Part shown: positions 13,653 to 25,452 of the stretch, in pieces
How positions within the stretch are numbered: position 1 is the first letter of the stretch
Layout of the letters: each line of letters begins with the position of its first letter
Assembly: GCF_964204645.1 (NCBI RefSeq)
Contig: NC_134027.1
Location: forward strand, 19,058,560 to 19,122,559
Direction of reading: 5' to 3'
Origin: Tubulanus polymorphus
Taxonomy: Eukaryota; Animalia; Nemertea
Length of the DNA stretch: 64,000 nt
Program-made: the position numbers and the translations under genes
The notes under the pieces: model-generated
The model's input: the letters and a program-made list of their open reading frames with translations, nothing else
Databases searched by the model: none
What the model was told of the DNA's origin: nothing

Positions 13653-13912
13653 GTAAGTAAAAGAAATATCATCGTTCTTCGGCGAGGCTGCTGTGCCTCA
13701 TGATGCCTTCGTTTGAATCTTTGCTGAAAGAGTTTGACCAAAATATGCTGGATTTGTTTTCATTGACAAAAGATTTTAGATTAGAACTTTCATACACCTT
13801 GTTCTACTTGTAACTGTAGTAACTTTTAATACAGTAACCGGGGGTAGATTTAAGGAAAAACCTCAGCTGGCCCAGAGGACCAGTGGATTTGATTTGTTAC
13901 TCACCCTCCGAT

Positions 13913-14290
13913 TATCTGGCCAGCCATGGGCTTGAGCCTATTGCTATCTATACAAATGGAGCAAATATAAATGACATGGTTTCCAAATGAAAGGCTTTTT
14001 GACTGAACAACTGAGCATGTATTCATACAAATCATGCATTAAAGTGTTATCCTTTTTCCAATTCCTAGGAAGAAAGAATTGGAAAAAGGGCCTTTTTAAA
14101 TATAAAGAAGGTTTTACGCAAAAATCTGAACACAAAAATATCAGTTTTAAAAAGCCAATCAAAGAAAAAAGCCTCCTCTACAGAAATCAGCGGGTGTTCA
14201 CATGAATTTGGTATCGTCTATTGTTTTACTTCTGGGTTTTATTTATGAAAATTTTATTTCGAGCTCGATTTCTGTAAAATCTTAAATTGA
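13913..14290 (+). mobile_element. 5' fragment of HINE-like family E
   Basis: GGCCAGCC...GAGCCTATT...ATACAAATGGAGC...AAATGACATGGTTTCCA...CAACTGAGCAT matches the reverse complement of about 60660-61005. Right end approximate. Confidence 0.65.
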
Positions 14291-14822
14291 TAAACATAAT
14301 TTTTGCTGGTTTTGGGTACAGTTCCAGGCGTTTTTACCGCATGCAGGATTAAGCCGGATTTTGTTTCAATGTGCATGCGTCGAGATGATATTAATTGATC
14401 GATTGACCACTAGACCTACAATGGGGCTGATGCCGCACTTGCAGCTGCGTCGTTGTTGCAAGTGCGTGGGAAAAATCTTCCGCGGGGATGTCACAATGCC
14501 ACGGCATAGTTGTTGTTGCGGCTTTGATGCTAGTGTGCGGCCCACTTTTGCTATCTATTGCATGTGTGTATGATTCTTGAAATAGTTTCCAGTACCAATC
14601 TGACTGTTGGCGTGTTTTTGTCTGAAGTACATAAATCATCAATCAAAACAAACTGATTGTGACCCGAATACTCCATGAAACAATTACCATCACTGGTAAT
14701 TATTCTTAGAGAAGGGACTTATATGGCAGTTTTTATAGACTTGTATGGCAGTTTTTATAGTACTGTAATTGTCGATTTTAAATAGTAACATCTCTCAGAA
14801 GGTCATGGTTTTATATTTTCAG

Positions 14823-14976
14823 GGTGATCGAAGGTATATTCCGAGGTTTGAATAATTTACTAGAAAGATTTCACCAGTCGTTCTTTTTCTACTTGTTGCC
14901 GGCCACTCATAGATATGTTTCCATTGGTAATTACATGCCTCCATTTGGTGTGATGGCCCTTGGACTATTACTTAAA
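14823..14976 (+). CDS. GPAA1: GPAA1 coding exon ending at a U12 AT-AC donor
   Basis: ttttcAG| [51 protein letters not shown] |ATATCCTTT. Hallmark motif LN.LLER.HQSFF.YLL is present. Confidence 0.96.
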
Positions 14977-16376
14977 ATATCCTTTTACAGATCTTCCGCA
15001 TTTATCAGTCGAACAGTATAGTAGTTTTAACTTGGCTGCCTTTAAATTCTTATTGATTTGGCTATTATTGTTTTGTTATTAATGTATTGGATCCGCTGAC
15101 TGAGCTAACATGACAATAATATGAAAGGTGAGGATTAGAAACTTCAGAGATCTTTCATGGAAATCCATGCGTTTGGCTGCCGCTATGGTGTTGATGTAAG
15201 TCTGTCCCTGCAGTTCTATTAAAGCCCCAAGTCTTAAAAGAACTGAGCATTCATAGTCAGTCCATCTGTCCGGTTGTCCATCCACCTGTCTTTAGACAGA
15301 ACCTAGTTAGTGTAGTGTCGGATGAGCTTTGATGCAGGGTTGAGATATTTTCAGGGTCTAGATGTTAAAGTATGTGTATGTATCTACCCTACCATCTGCA
15401 GAATCAAGGTGGTTGAGTGACGGCCATTGTCTTTCGGCAAAATCAGTAATTTTGCACATTTTTAGGATCAACAGTGTTGATCCTTATAGAATGGTCCTGA
15501 GAGTAACTTTCTGTTAGCTCTTGGTGGCACAAATTGTAACCACTGGATATGCACAGCTGATATTTTGTCAATAGGTGGAAAATAGATGGTGGAATTGATA
15601 TGGCCAGTTTCGTCCATCAGCTCAAAGCCGTTTGGAAGCACTGGGAGAAAATGTGCAAAATTTCAATAATTTTTTTCCCATTCTACTAATCGATGCTTGA
15701 CCTAGTTTTATGACATCACAGGGAAAGCTCTTCAGAAGGGCATCACTTGGGAATCCCTCTAGAAGGGCTTTCCCAGTGACATCATTATAGAGAACTGTCC
15801 TACCACGTACTTGTGACTCATAGGGAAAACCCATTACCATGTATATCAGTTGAACATGCTTACTACACAGTGCACCATGATGATTTCATCTTTATCAGCT
15901 GTTTATACGTAATTGCAAATCCAAGAACAAATCGATTTTTGTGCTCAAAACTAAAACGTACTCAGTTGATCCTACTGGACCCATGGTCCTTTATTAAAGT
16001 TTTTGTTGGAAATTTTGAAGAAGCTTCGATCAATTTTCTTGCAGCTGGGGGGACGTTGAATGGTGAAATTACATAGTATTTTGATTTTTAGACATTTTAG
16101 GGGTCTATGCATATCTTGTTGCCACTTTTAAATGCAAAGTTGTAGTTTATGGCATGTGCTATGATTGTGGCAAGTTTCTTGGGCATTAGTTTCTTTATGT
16201 TCACGAGGGGCGATCAAATTTTCAGATTGTCGAACATTTCAGACCACCAGAAGTGGGCATGGTCTTCGCTGACATCTGGATTGATTTACACATGATGATT
16301 TTTTTTATCCCAATAATCCAAATAAAGCAATTTTTACTGAATAAACTCAATGATTTTCTCCTTGACCTGTGAGTAC
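14977..16376 (+). other. U12-type (minor spliceosome) AT-AC intron of GPAA1
   Basis: 5' end ATATCCTTTT. Branch point TTCTCCTTGAC at 16356-16366, terminal AC at 16375-16376. Splicing joins ...GLLLK|ALSLWL in frame, matching human ...LGLK|ALELWM. Confidence 0.93.
15459..15996 (+). mobile_element. HINE-like element family B, inside the U12 intron
   Basis: 5' TTTTTAGGATCAAC-agt-GTTGATCCT hairpin. 3' GTTGATCCTA-ct-GGACCCATGGTCC hairpin-TTTATT. Body repeated at 38354-38696. Confidence 0.75.
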
Positions 16377-16454
16377 GCATTGTCTCTGTGGTTGAATGAT
16401 GAGAGTAAGGATGAAGTAGATGATCAAGCTGGTGGAGATACGAATATAAAAAAG
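16377..16454 (+). CDS. GPAA1: GPAA1 coding exon following the AT-AC intron
   Basis: gagtAC|GCA TTG TCT CTG TGG: ALSLWLNDESKDEVDDQAGGDTNIKK |GTaaac. 78 bp, phase 0/0. Confidence 0.9.
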
Positions 16455-17260
16455 GTAAACCTATAAAATTCTATTTATCACTTGGATTTGTTTTTCACAA
16501 CAATAAATGCAACACAAAGCTAATTTCAGTGTTGATCGTAGAATACAACGCGTAGCAACTCGTCAAGCTTTGGTTCATGAGATATACTCATTACTTTCGA
16601 CTTGTTGAATATTGCCCAGTTGGTTGAATGTCCTGCTAGTAAGAAGTCCAAACACAGATTGTCCCTTACATTAAAGATGTTACATTTATACATTTCTCAC
16701 GAAACTGTTAAATACACAAATTAGTGTTAAGCCTAGCCTACATCGACACAGCAATTGGACAACTATTTGCCAGGCAGTTTTCGGGGCATGAGAGGAACTG
16801 GCTGGATATAATCACTTGCTTGAACGTGTCGATGTGAGATAGCTTACAACTGGTACAACTGGTCCATCTATCTCCAGTTCCAGTCAGTTGCCCGTGTTCT
16901 ACTTTTGAGCAACTGGTTGTACTCAGTTACTGTCATATCCATCGATGTGAGCACTCCATAATCAAAAACACATGGTTGCAACTGACAAAAACAAAGCAAT
17001 TTGTCACGTGACTTGAGATGCCCTCGAGAATATTTGCTAGATAACACATCTCAGTTTCTGTTGATGTGTGCGATACGGACCTAGCAACTGGCATGAGCCA
17101 CGCAGTTGCTGTTTTCATTAGATTTTTCGATGTGAGCGGGGTATGCGCTCACTAGCAACAAGGGATGATAATTTTCCGCCGATCGGCGATATGCATTTCT
17201 CAGATCAATGTATATTTGTTGAAAAAATTGGGGGGGGGGGGTTAGGATGATGACTGTGGT

Positions 17261-18844
17261 TTTTAGGACGTTCGTTAGACGAACGTCCTTATGTGATCGG
17301 TTTGCCGGTTGATGACGCACTTCCGATTTGGTTGACGGACGTTTAAGGTCTTTTTAAAGCCAGTTAGTTAGAGATTTCCTCAAATTCCGCATCAGAAATG
17401 GTGTCTTCAAGTAGGGATTGAATTTGGTTAAAAATAGTTGGTTAGTTTTTGCTGTGCCCTCTTGAAAAAATGCTCTTCACGCCGTTTATGTGACATCACA
17501 CATCACGTGTTGCTTATGACGTAGAGGGTATAGTGATCGACAGAAGTGCCATTTTTAAAATCGTTGTATCGTGGATGTTAACTTTAGAGGACCGTACGAA
17601 GTCTCTTTAAAGGTGAGTGTCAACATATATGGTGACTTAATTTAATTCTTTGTGAGCGCATAGAGGCCCTGTGAGAATCTAGAGACATTCGCAGCATTGA
17701 ATACGCAATGGTCCGCTCGACACGCACACACTACAGTACACACATGCTGTCAGTTTGACCTACGTGACTAAATACAGCCGCCATGAATCAGAAGCAATCC
17801 ACTTCAAATTTTATGAAGTGAATATCATAATTATTATTTATCCGATATACACCAAAAAACCTTTAAGAGAAAGGTATTTGGCGTCGGATTCTGTACCGAA
17901 AATCCCGGATTGTAACACTGCATAGTTTTTTTAGTAGGGTTCTTTTAACATTTTGCCTATAAGCCATTTGATTGACACGTGGGGCGGGGCTTGCGATCTG
18001 CCGATGACGTCAGATGTAAACAATAATATAACCTCGTGCATCGCGCACATGTGTAAACAAACCTGGCAACAAATTAGATTTTATGGCGCCAAAACTTTTT
18101 TGATTTTTTCTTTTGTCCAATGATTTTTCAACTGGAGCCAACTGCTATGCCATTAGATTGTACAATCAAGTATTCACGTTTTATAGACTCTCTCTGAAAT
18201 AATTCTTGTCCAGGGGACATGTATTGAAATATCTATTGTCGTTGTTTTTGTTTTTTTTTTATTTTTAGGATATAAACAGCCTAGAAGAAACATCATCTGG
18301 CAGACACACATTTGACTACAGATCATATCCTGTTATAAAATGTGTTTAATAAATATTTTACTCAAGTTTTCTTGCCATTAATACTTCCTGACTACTTTTA
18401 TTTTATGGTTATCTAATCACAAGGCAAACATTGGTGGGGTTCTTTTGGCCCTCCGAATATATAGGACCAAAAGGGGTATTTTATGCAATTTGGATTTATT
18501 TTTGCTTAGAAAATTTATTCAAATACTTTTTGGCGGGCACATTCAAATTCTGAAGGGTAGGACTAGTCCAACCCCTAAATCCACTTGCATTCAGTCTCAT
18601 GAGAACTAACTTAAAACGTTAAAACCTTCACCGGCCTCCTACTCAATTTTTTGAATAGATGTAAAACTTATGGCAGAATTTATGGTTGATTCCTCGATTT
18701 TTGAATCCCAAAGAATAATTTTTGAATTACGCAGTAGGATGACACTTGAATAGCCGGTATTCAAATTTTCCAATCAATGTGGGAGGTGTCTGGGTCTACA
18801 TGCGTTTCACAAACGAACGTCCTCTTCTAAAGTTTCTTTCTAGT
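17261..18844 (+). mobile_element. Helentron-associated (HINE-like) element family A inserted in the hAT left end
   Basis: 5' TTTT-AGGACGTTCGT-tag-ACGAACGTCCT hairpin. 3' AACGAACGTCCT (18812-18823) then ...CTAGT. The related MITE at 54291-54877 lacks this block. Second copy at 1-652. Confidence 0.78.
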
Positions 18845-19085
18845 CCAGCATTGTAGGGATAGATTGGCATGACCATAAAAGCGTTTCCCGATCTATTTTT
18901 AAAGGCGATCATTTAGCGGCATTTGTATACTAACAAAGTTTTCTCTGTCGGTTGGCCGACCGCGTGTCTGGATATATGTACATGTATCTACATTATTGAT
19001 TTTTCACCGAGTGGTGGTCGTTTTTAATACGTACATGCTTGTATTTTAAACACGTGTGCGTAGTGTGACATTGCGATATAGAATC

Positions 19086-22000
19086 ATGTGGAAAATTGTT
19101 GAGAGAGTTGGGACGATTGACCCCAGGACAATCGACCAAAAAGAATTTTAAAAAAACTAATGGAAGTGGGATTGGCTGGAGAAAACGGTTGATGGGATTC
19201 CTCTCACTGACTTCGTGAGGAAGATAGATATACCGGGGAAAGCTTATTGTCTCTGGTGCCAAACAGAAATAAAATACAGAAGTAAGGGTCGAATTGCGCT
19301 TGAAAACCACGCTAAAACACAGAAACACGTTGACATCGTCAAAGAACGGAGATCTAATTACGTACTTCCAGGTAAGTAGGCCTACGTTCACATGCGACAC
19401 AAGTTTATTTTTGTAAATAAAATTAGACAATTTTCAAGTTTTTCTTAAAGTGTAAAATCAAACCGAATAAAGAACTAGAATTTGCATTCACTTTCAGGTA
19501 GTTCGGGAGCCGATGTTGGACGATCTTAAGGGATCTGCCCAATATTCCAAAATCCAAATAATGAACAACAGGCCGTTACGACGACCGCTAAACCTAAAGT
19601 CCCAATATCGGACCAGGTCGCAAGCCAGGAGGCTTTAGTTCTTTCATATATTAGCTGAAAACTCATTGCCGTTTTCTCAGTCTCCAAAATTGATTGAGTT
19701 GGCAAAAATACTTGCCATGGATCGGGCAGCATTAAGCAAATTGTCTATGGGTTGTTTAGCGGCTTCATATAAGATGCGACTGGGTCTGGCGCAAACCACC
19801 TAAGAACAGTTAGCGGATGAACTCAGAAATACGTTCTATTCACTAAACATCGACGAGGCTACAAGCCAATCCACAAAAAAAGTTCTGTCGATCCTTGTCA
19901 GTTACTTTAGTGAGAAGGAGAGACAAGTTGTTGTCAGACATTTGGCCTCATGTAATCTTATTTCTACCACTAGCGCATCTGTTTATAGTGCTTTGGTTGA
20001 GGTTTTCCAGCAGCGTGATTTAAATTATAACCGATTAATGTCTGTCCTCCTCGACAGCTGTAACGTCATGAGAGGTAGTAAAACTGGCTTGGAGAAGTTA
20101 ATAAAGGATAATTTGGCCCAGCATTTGCTTGACATCGACGGTGATTCGATACATCACACTCACAACGCTCCGAAACATTTCACAAAAGAATTTGATGGAT
20201 TCATAGAGAAATTGATAACCGATATTGCAAGTGATTTGCATTTTTCTAATGACATAGAAAACTGGCTCCAAATTATCCTTGATCTCTTAGGCATTGGGTT
20301 TTCGATGCCCGAGCGGTACGTCGGAACCCGATGGCTATCAGTCCATGATGCGGCATCAGACCTTATTCGCAAAATCGATGGATATACTCTGCTGTACTAT
20401 GCATTTATACAGAAAGACAAAATCGTGTATTTGGCTCTTTGTGTTGACATATATATATATTCATTCTTTATTTTGCTCATAAACATGAATTAAATATAAA
20501 TTACATAATTTTTTTTTTTTAACATATATTAGCAGGGTGAACCTGTTAAAAGTTTTCACTTGTAGCAACAGGTACCCAAATACACACTTCACTCTCACCA
20601 ACACATTCATACTTTCGCATTCACACATGATTTTCTACTGCTACAGGCATACAAAAATAGGTATATAATAGTAAGATGATATAGGTACAGTTACATTGTT
20701 TGATTAATTCATTGGGGTTTTTTCTTAATAATGATTAATAATTACTAATTTTGAATTTCTTATAAGCTGACTTAAAGATCTCTAGGGAAGGTGATGATTT
20801 GAAAATATTACTCATTTCATTCCAAAGTTTTGGGCCATTGTAACTAAGGAAATTTCGGCTAAAGTTATTTCGGCATAAGGGTAGTACAAAATAGTTTGTG
20901 TGGCGGGTTCTGCGATTTCTGTTTAACTCGAAGAAGCCATTGAATACATCTGGTAAAAGGTTTGATACATACATGTACATAAATTGGGCAACTTGTAATT
21001 TGTTAACGTCATCTGCTTTTAGAATTTAAATTATAGTTCTGATTACCTTTTTTTGAAGAAGAACAATCCTATTTAAGTTAGTGTGGTGGTTTCCCCACAC
21101 AATATTACAATAGTATATATGTGGATAAATCATAGTATAGTATAGTTCAATAAGAATCTTCGTGGGCAAGTATGTTGCCAGTCTGCGGATGATACCAACA
21201 TGTTTCGAGATTTTTTGAGAAGTTTGCTGGATATGTGGTTTCCAATTGAGATCCTCGTCAATATATACACCTAGAAATTTGGAGTAAGGCAGTTTTTTTA
21301 AGATGTTACCATTTAAAGAAACATGTAAGTCAGGTTTTTTTCTAGCTCTGCTGAAGATAAGATAATGTGTTTTTACTAGATTAAGTGATAATTTGTTTGC
21401 ACAGAACCAGATGAATAGCTTTCCTAATTCTTGATTCACAATATTTTCAAGGATATCAGGGTTTCTATGACTAGCAAAAGTGTTGGTATCATCCGCAAAC
21501 ATGATAAATCTAAAAATTTCTGAAGCATTTGTACAATCATTTATATAAAGAATGAATAATAAGGGTCCTAGTATAGAGCCCTGTGGTATTCCACAGCTTA
21601 TAGTTCTTGGGGTAGAAATACAATCTTTATATTTTACAGACTGCTGCCTATTAGTTAAGTAGTTTTGAAACCATAATAGAGCACTTCCTCTAATGCCATA
21701 ATGTTCTAGTTTGGATAACATAATTTTGTGGTCAATCGTATCAAACGCTTTAGATAAATCTAGAAATATACCAACTGTTGTTTCTCCTCTAACTAGCGTT
21801 TCGATAATCTTATTAGTTATAAAAGTTAATGCCATTGCCGTTGAATGGTTTCGGCGAAATCCAAATTGAGAATCACTTAACACTTTGTGTCGATGTAGAA
21901 AACGATTGATACGGTTGTACATTATTTTTTCCAGGATTTTTGAAATACAGGGTAGTATAGATATGGGCCTATAATTGTTGAATAGTTCTTTATCATCTTT

Positions 22001-24429
22001 TTTATGTATAGGGATGATAACAGACATTTTCATACTCTCCGGTATTTTTCCGGAGTTTAAGCTACAGTTGAAAATATGCATTAGAGGAGTTGATATAAGA
22101 TCAATTACGTTTTTGACGATTTTCTGACTAATATCATCAATTCCGCAGCTATGTTTGGATTTGAAGTTCTTCACAATCATTTCGATTTCTTTCGTAGTTA
22201 CTGGAACTAAAAATGCACTCTCGAAAATTCTGTTGGTTAAAAAAGAATCAAATTTTGTTTCCGTGAAAGGTATTTCATTGGCCAAGCATGGACCAACATT
22301 TATAAAAAAATTATTAGTTTTGTTGGTCCATTTCTTGATTATTTGTTAAGAACCCGTCTACATCTTTGAATTTCTCAGGATATTCATTTTTGGTATTTTG
22401 TTTATTCACACAAGAGTTAATAGTTTTCTTATGTTGTTTCTAAAGTTTGCTTATGATCATTTGCCGATTCCTCGAACTTTCGAATATAGTATATTTTTTT
22501 TGCTTCTTTCAGACAATTATTGAATTTATTACGGTAATTTTTGTAAAGATAACTAGATGCAGGGGTCTTATTATGGATATATTTCCTGTACAAATAGTTT
22601 TTTTGTTTTAAAGATGCTAGGAGACCTTTAGTCATCCATGGATTTTTCCTGTCTTTATACATATTGAATTTTCTATGCTCAATATTAAAACAGTCATCAT
22701 ATAGCCGTTTGAATTTTTCAATAAAATTGGTATATGCTAGGTCAGTGTCATTTTGGAGTAATATCCCATGCCAATTTTCTGTCATAAGCCGCCTTCTAAA
22801 TAAGTTTGTATTTCTGTCACAATAATTCCTATAGCTGATAAATTTGGGTTTCACATGGGTGATTTTCATATCAATAGTAGTGAATATTGGCATGTGATCA
22901 GAAATGTCCGACATCAATATGCCTGATTTGCTAGTACAATTAAAGTTTATAAAAATATTATCTAACAGAGTGGAAGAAGTACTCGTAATACGAGTTTGTT
23001 TATCTATAAGGGGAACAAAATTTTCACTGGAGAGACAAGAAGTAAAATTATTAGTCGGTATATACTTGTCGTTCAAAATGTTTATATTAAAGTCTCCCAT
23101 GAGAATCACTCTATGAAAGTTAGATAATTTATCTGAAATGGTAGAAAATTCCTTTACGAACTTATTAATATTCAGATTTGGCGGTCTGTAGAATATCGCA
23201 AATTTAACTTGTCTGAACCCACGAAAGATGAGATTAAAAAAATATATGTTGCTGCTGCCGCCAAATGGAAAAATCTGACGGCGGAAGGAAAAGAAAGAAA
23301 GCTACGAATTATCGATAAACTCATCATTCAGCGTAAAAAGCTTAAGCTTTATGTGCATTTTTACACGGCGGTATTGCCAGTTCTAAAAAGATATGTACTC
23401 TTATTCCAAACTGTTGAAGAGCCATGTGTCCACAAGCTCTAAGATGAGCAATGTCAATTATTCAGGGATTTCATTTCCCTTTGTGTTAAACCATCTGCGA
23501 TTCCTGAATCGGATCGAAAGTTGTCTTCTCTGATAATCTCAGAAAACCTCCTGCCAACCACTGAGATGTTCATAGGCGAATCTGCATCCCAAATAATTGC
23601 GGGGGAAAATAAATCATCCCAGTTTGTCAAAGACTTTCGTGATCGTGTCGAGAGGGCCTATCTCAATACTGCCCAGTACCTCGCTAAAAAAATGCCTATC
23701 GACGATAAACTTCTCCGGTATATCTCGGCGATAGACCCAAAATGCCAGTGACATGAAACGGCACTGAAATATATGAAAAAACTCCCACAATTAGTCGTGA
23801 ATGTTCTGGCTAATGAAACGGAGATCAACTGTTATAAATTAGAAGTGCATAAATTCCACTCGGAGTCCAGTCTGCCAGCAGCAGTTGATAAAGATGGAAA
23901 GCAAGTTAGAATCGATTCCTGGTGGGCTGCTGTACATGATTTGGGCAAATATCCATACCTCTGTCGCATGGTATTTGCTTTACTAACCTGTTTCAGTTGC
24001 CCAGTTGTCGAGAGCTCGTTTAGCATTATGGGCGAAATTCTGAACAGCACAACCAATAGACTTCATGTCAAATCTTTCAGCGCAATCCAGAGTGTGAAAT
24101 ACAGATTAGGCAAAACGTCAGCTGTAGACTTTTTCAAAAGAGAAGATATTCTTCATGACCCTGTGTATCCAAATCTCGTTAAAAATATGAACACTGCAGC
24201 TAAACGATACAAGGATGAATTGCAGGGTGAAAAAGATAAGAAAGCGGCTTGTATGGAGGAACTTCAGGCTAAAGAGGTTAAGAAAGTTTCAAAACGCAAA
24301 TCCCGCGAACAGTGCATGTCAGCTGCAAAGAAAGCCCGAGAGGCACATGTATCTGCTATGCGTGCAAAACAACGACAAGCTAAAAGACATAAGCAGATGG
24401 AACTTGTAAGACTATTAAAAATGAAGTAA
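19086..24429 (+). pseudogene. hAT transposase pseudogene with BED-type zinc finger and a spliceosomal intron, interrupted by a LINE
   Basis: Exon 1 (19086-19371) W.W.W...CLWC...H.KTQKH. Intron GTAAGT 19372 to TTTCAG 19497. Core motifs SLNIDE, LLDSCNVMRG, DIDGDSIHH, TRW, IDSWW and PVVESSFS. Several stops and frameshifts. Reading frame resumes after the LINE (CVDIY|RKFNL). Confidence 0.88.
20453..23192 (-). mobile_element. 5'-truncated LINE (CR1/L2 group, Crack/Daphne-like) with partial APE endonuclease and RT
   Basis: Starts at YRPP. Motifs GDFN, TLLDNIF, SDHMPI, FLDLSKAFDTIDH, GIPQGSILGPLLF, YIND, FADDT and KFLGVYID. The 3' UTR ends AATAAA plus a (TA)n tail. A few frameshifts. Confidence 0.93.
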
Positions 24430-24710
24430 TCTCTGGCTTGTCCACTATTGGAAAAACATTTATGTGTTTTGTTAAATAAAATGATGCCGACTGACTGTAC
24501 TGACTAGGTACATGTAGTTTGTTTAGATTGGTAATGATGTATACATGTGTTTTATAGAATATTTTTCCAAACCTTACTTCGTTAGAAAATTCATAAGATA
24601 ACCCACTGTTCTATTTTAGTTTTTTTTATGGAAATCTAGCTTGTTGTAATATCAGTACTGATAATAGTTCATTAATAAAGGATGCTGGAAAATAAAGTCT
24701 AATTCAATTA

Positions 24711-25452
24711 TCTATTGCGTGGGCAAGTGTTCGTCGCTTTCAAGAAGATTGATCAATGTGGGATTCGAACCTACTAGACGTATCGGCCCCACTCCGCGCG
24801 GTTGCGCCACCACGCGGGATTTACGCGAAGCAGCAGAGACAAACATGGCCACTCTCTCAATTTTCAATGATAGAAATCGTGTGTGCATTTCAATTATTTC
24901 GGCTGTTAGGGTTTTAAGGCACAATATAAGTTGATGATGTGATATGGCGATGTTAATTAATGATAATTCCGCAGTGAAGCTAGTCACGAACGGTGCCGAT
25001 TGAGTGTACAGCTGCCAAAAACACTGAAATGTGCGTAGTTGCGTAACTATTTGCATTGAATTGCAGACAAAACATGAAGCCTTTATGGCCGTTTGAAAAA
25101 AAATTATACCAATCGAAATTGTAAAATAAAAATGAAATAGAACCTAAGTTACAATTCTGGCCATTTCTAAAATGTTCTTTCTAATTTTTAGTCAGTGCGG
25201 AACGTTTAGTTTTCCAACAATAATGAGGGGTGGTAGGTAGTCATGCAATTCAAGTCATCATTTATTACACGTTACTTCCGTGTTGTTGAAAATCTTGCGA
25301 GTCCTCCACCAAACCCCAATGAACAATGTGATCTGTGTGCTGGCCACAAATGCACACAGATCACACTACACTACCCATTACACACTCCAGTACCCACAGC
25401 TTTCATATATCCATCCAAATATTTAGTGTCTTTTTTCCTGGTTACATTATAG
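24711..25452. repeat. Dispersed ~0.7 kb repeat with a tRNA-like A/B-box cassette on the minus strand, inside the hAT right end
   Basis: About 24810-25450 is collinear with about 29770-30380. The minus strand reads TGGTGGCGCAACC...GGTTCGAATCCC (24812 to 24760). Confidence 0.7.

Noticed and set aside
14977-15021. ORF track extension [14 protein letters not shown] as the GPAA1 C-terminus
   Set aside because: This is read-through into the AT-AC intron. Homology resumes at 16377.
14983-16374. U2-like acceptor (TTTTACAG, 14983-14990) and donor (GTGAGT, 16369-16374) just inside the U12 intron, suggesting a twintron
   Set aside because: Their order (acceptor first, donor last) cannot define an internal U2 intron. 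Probably chance.
18993-19430. 145-aa minus-strand ORF
   Set aside because: Antisense to transposase exon 1, with no independent coding signal.
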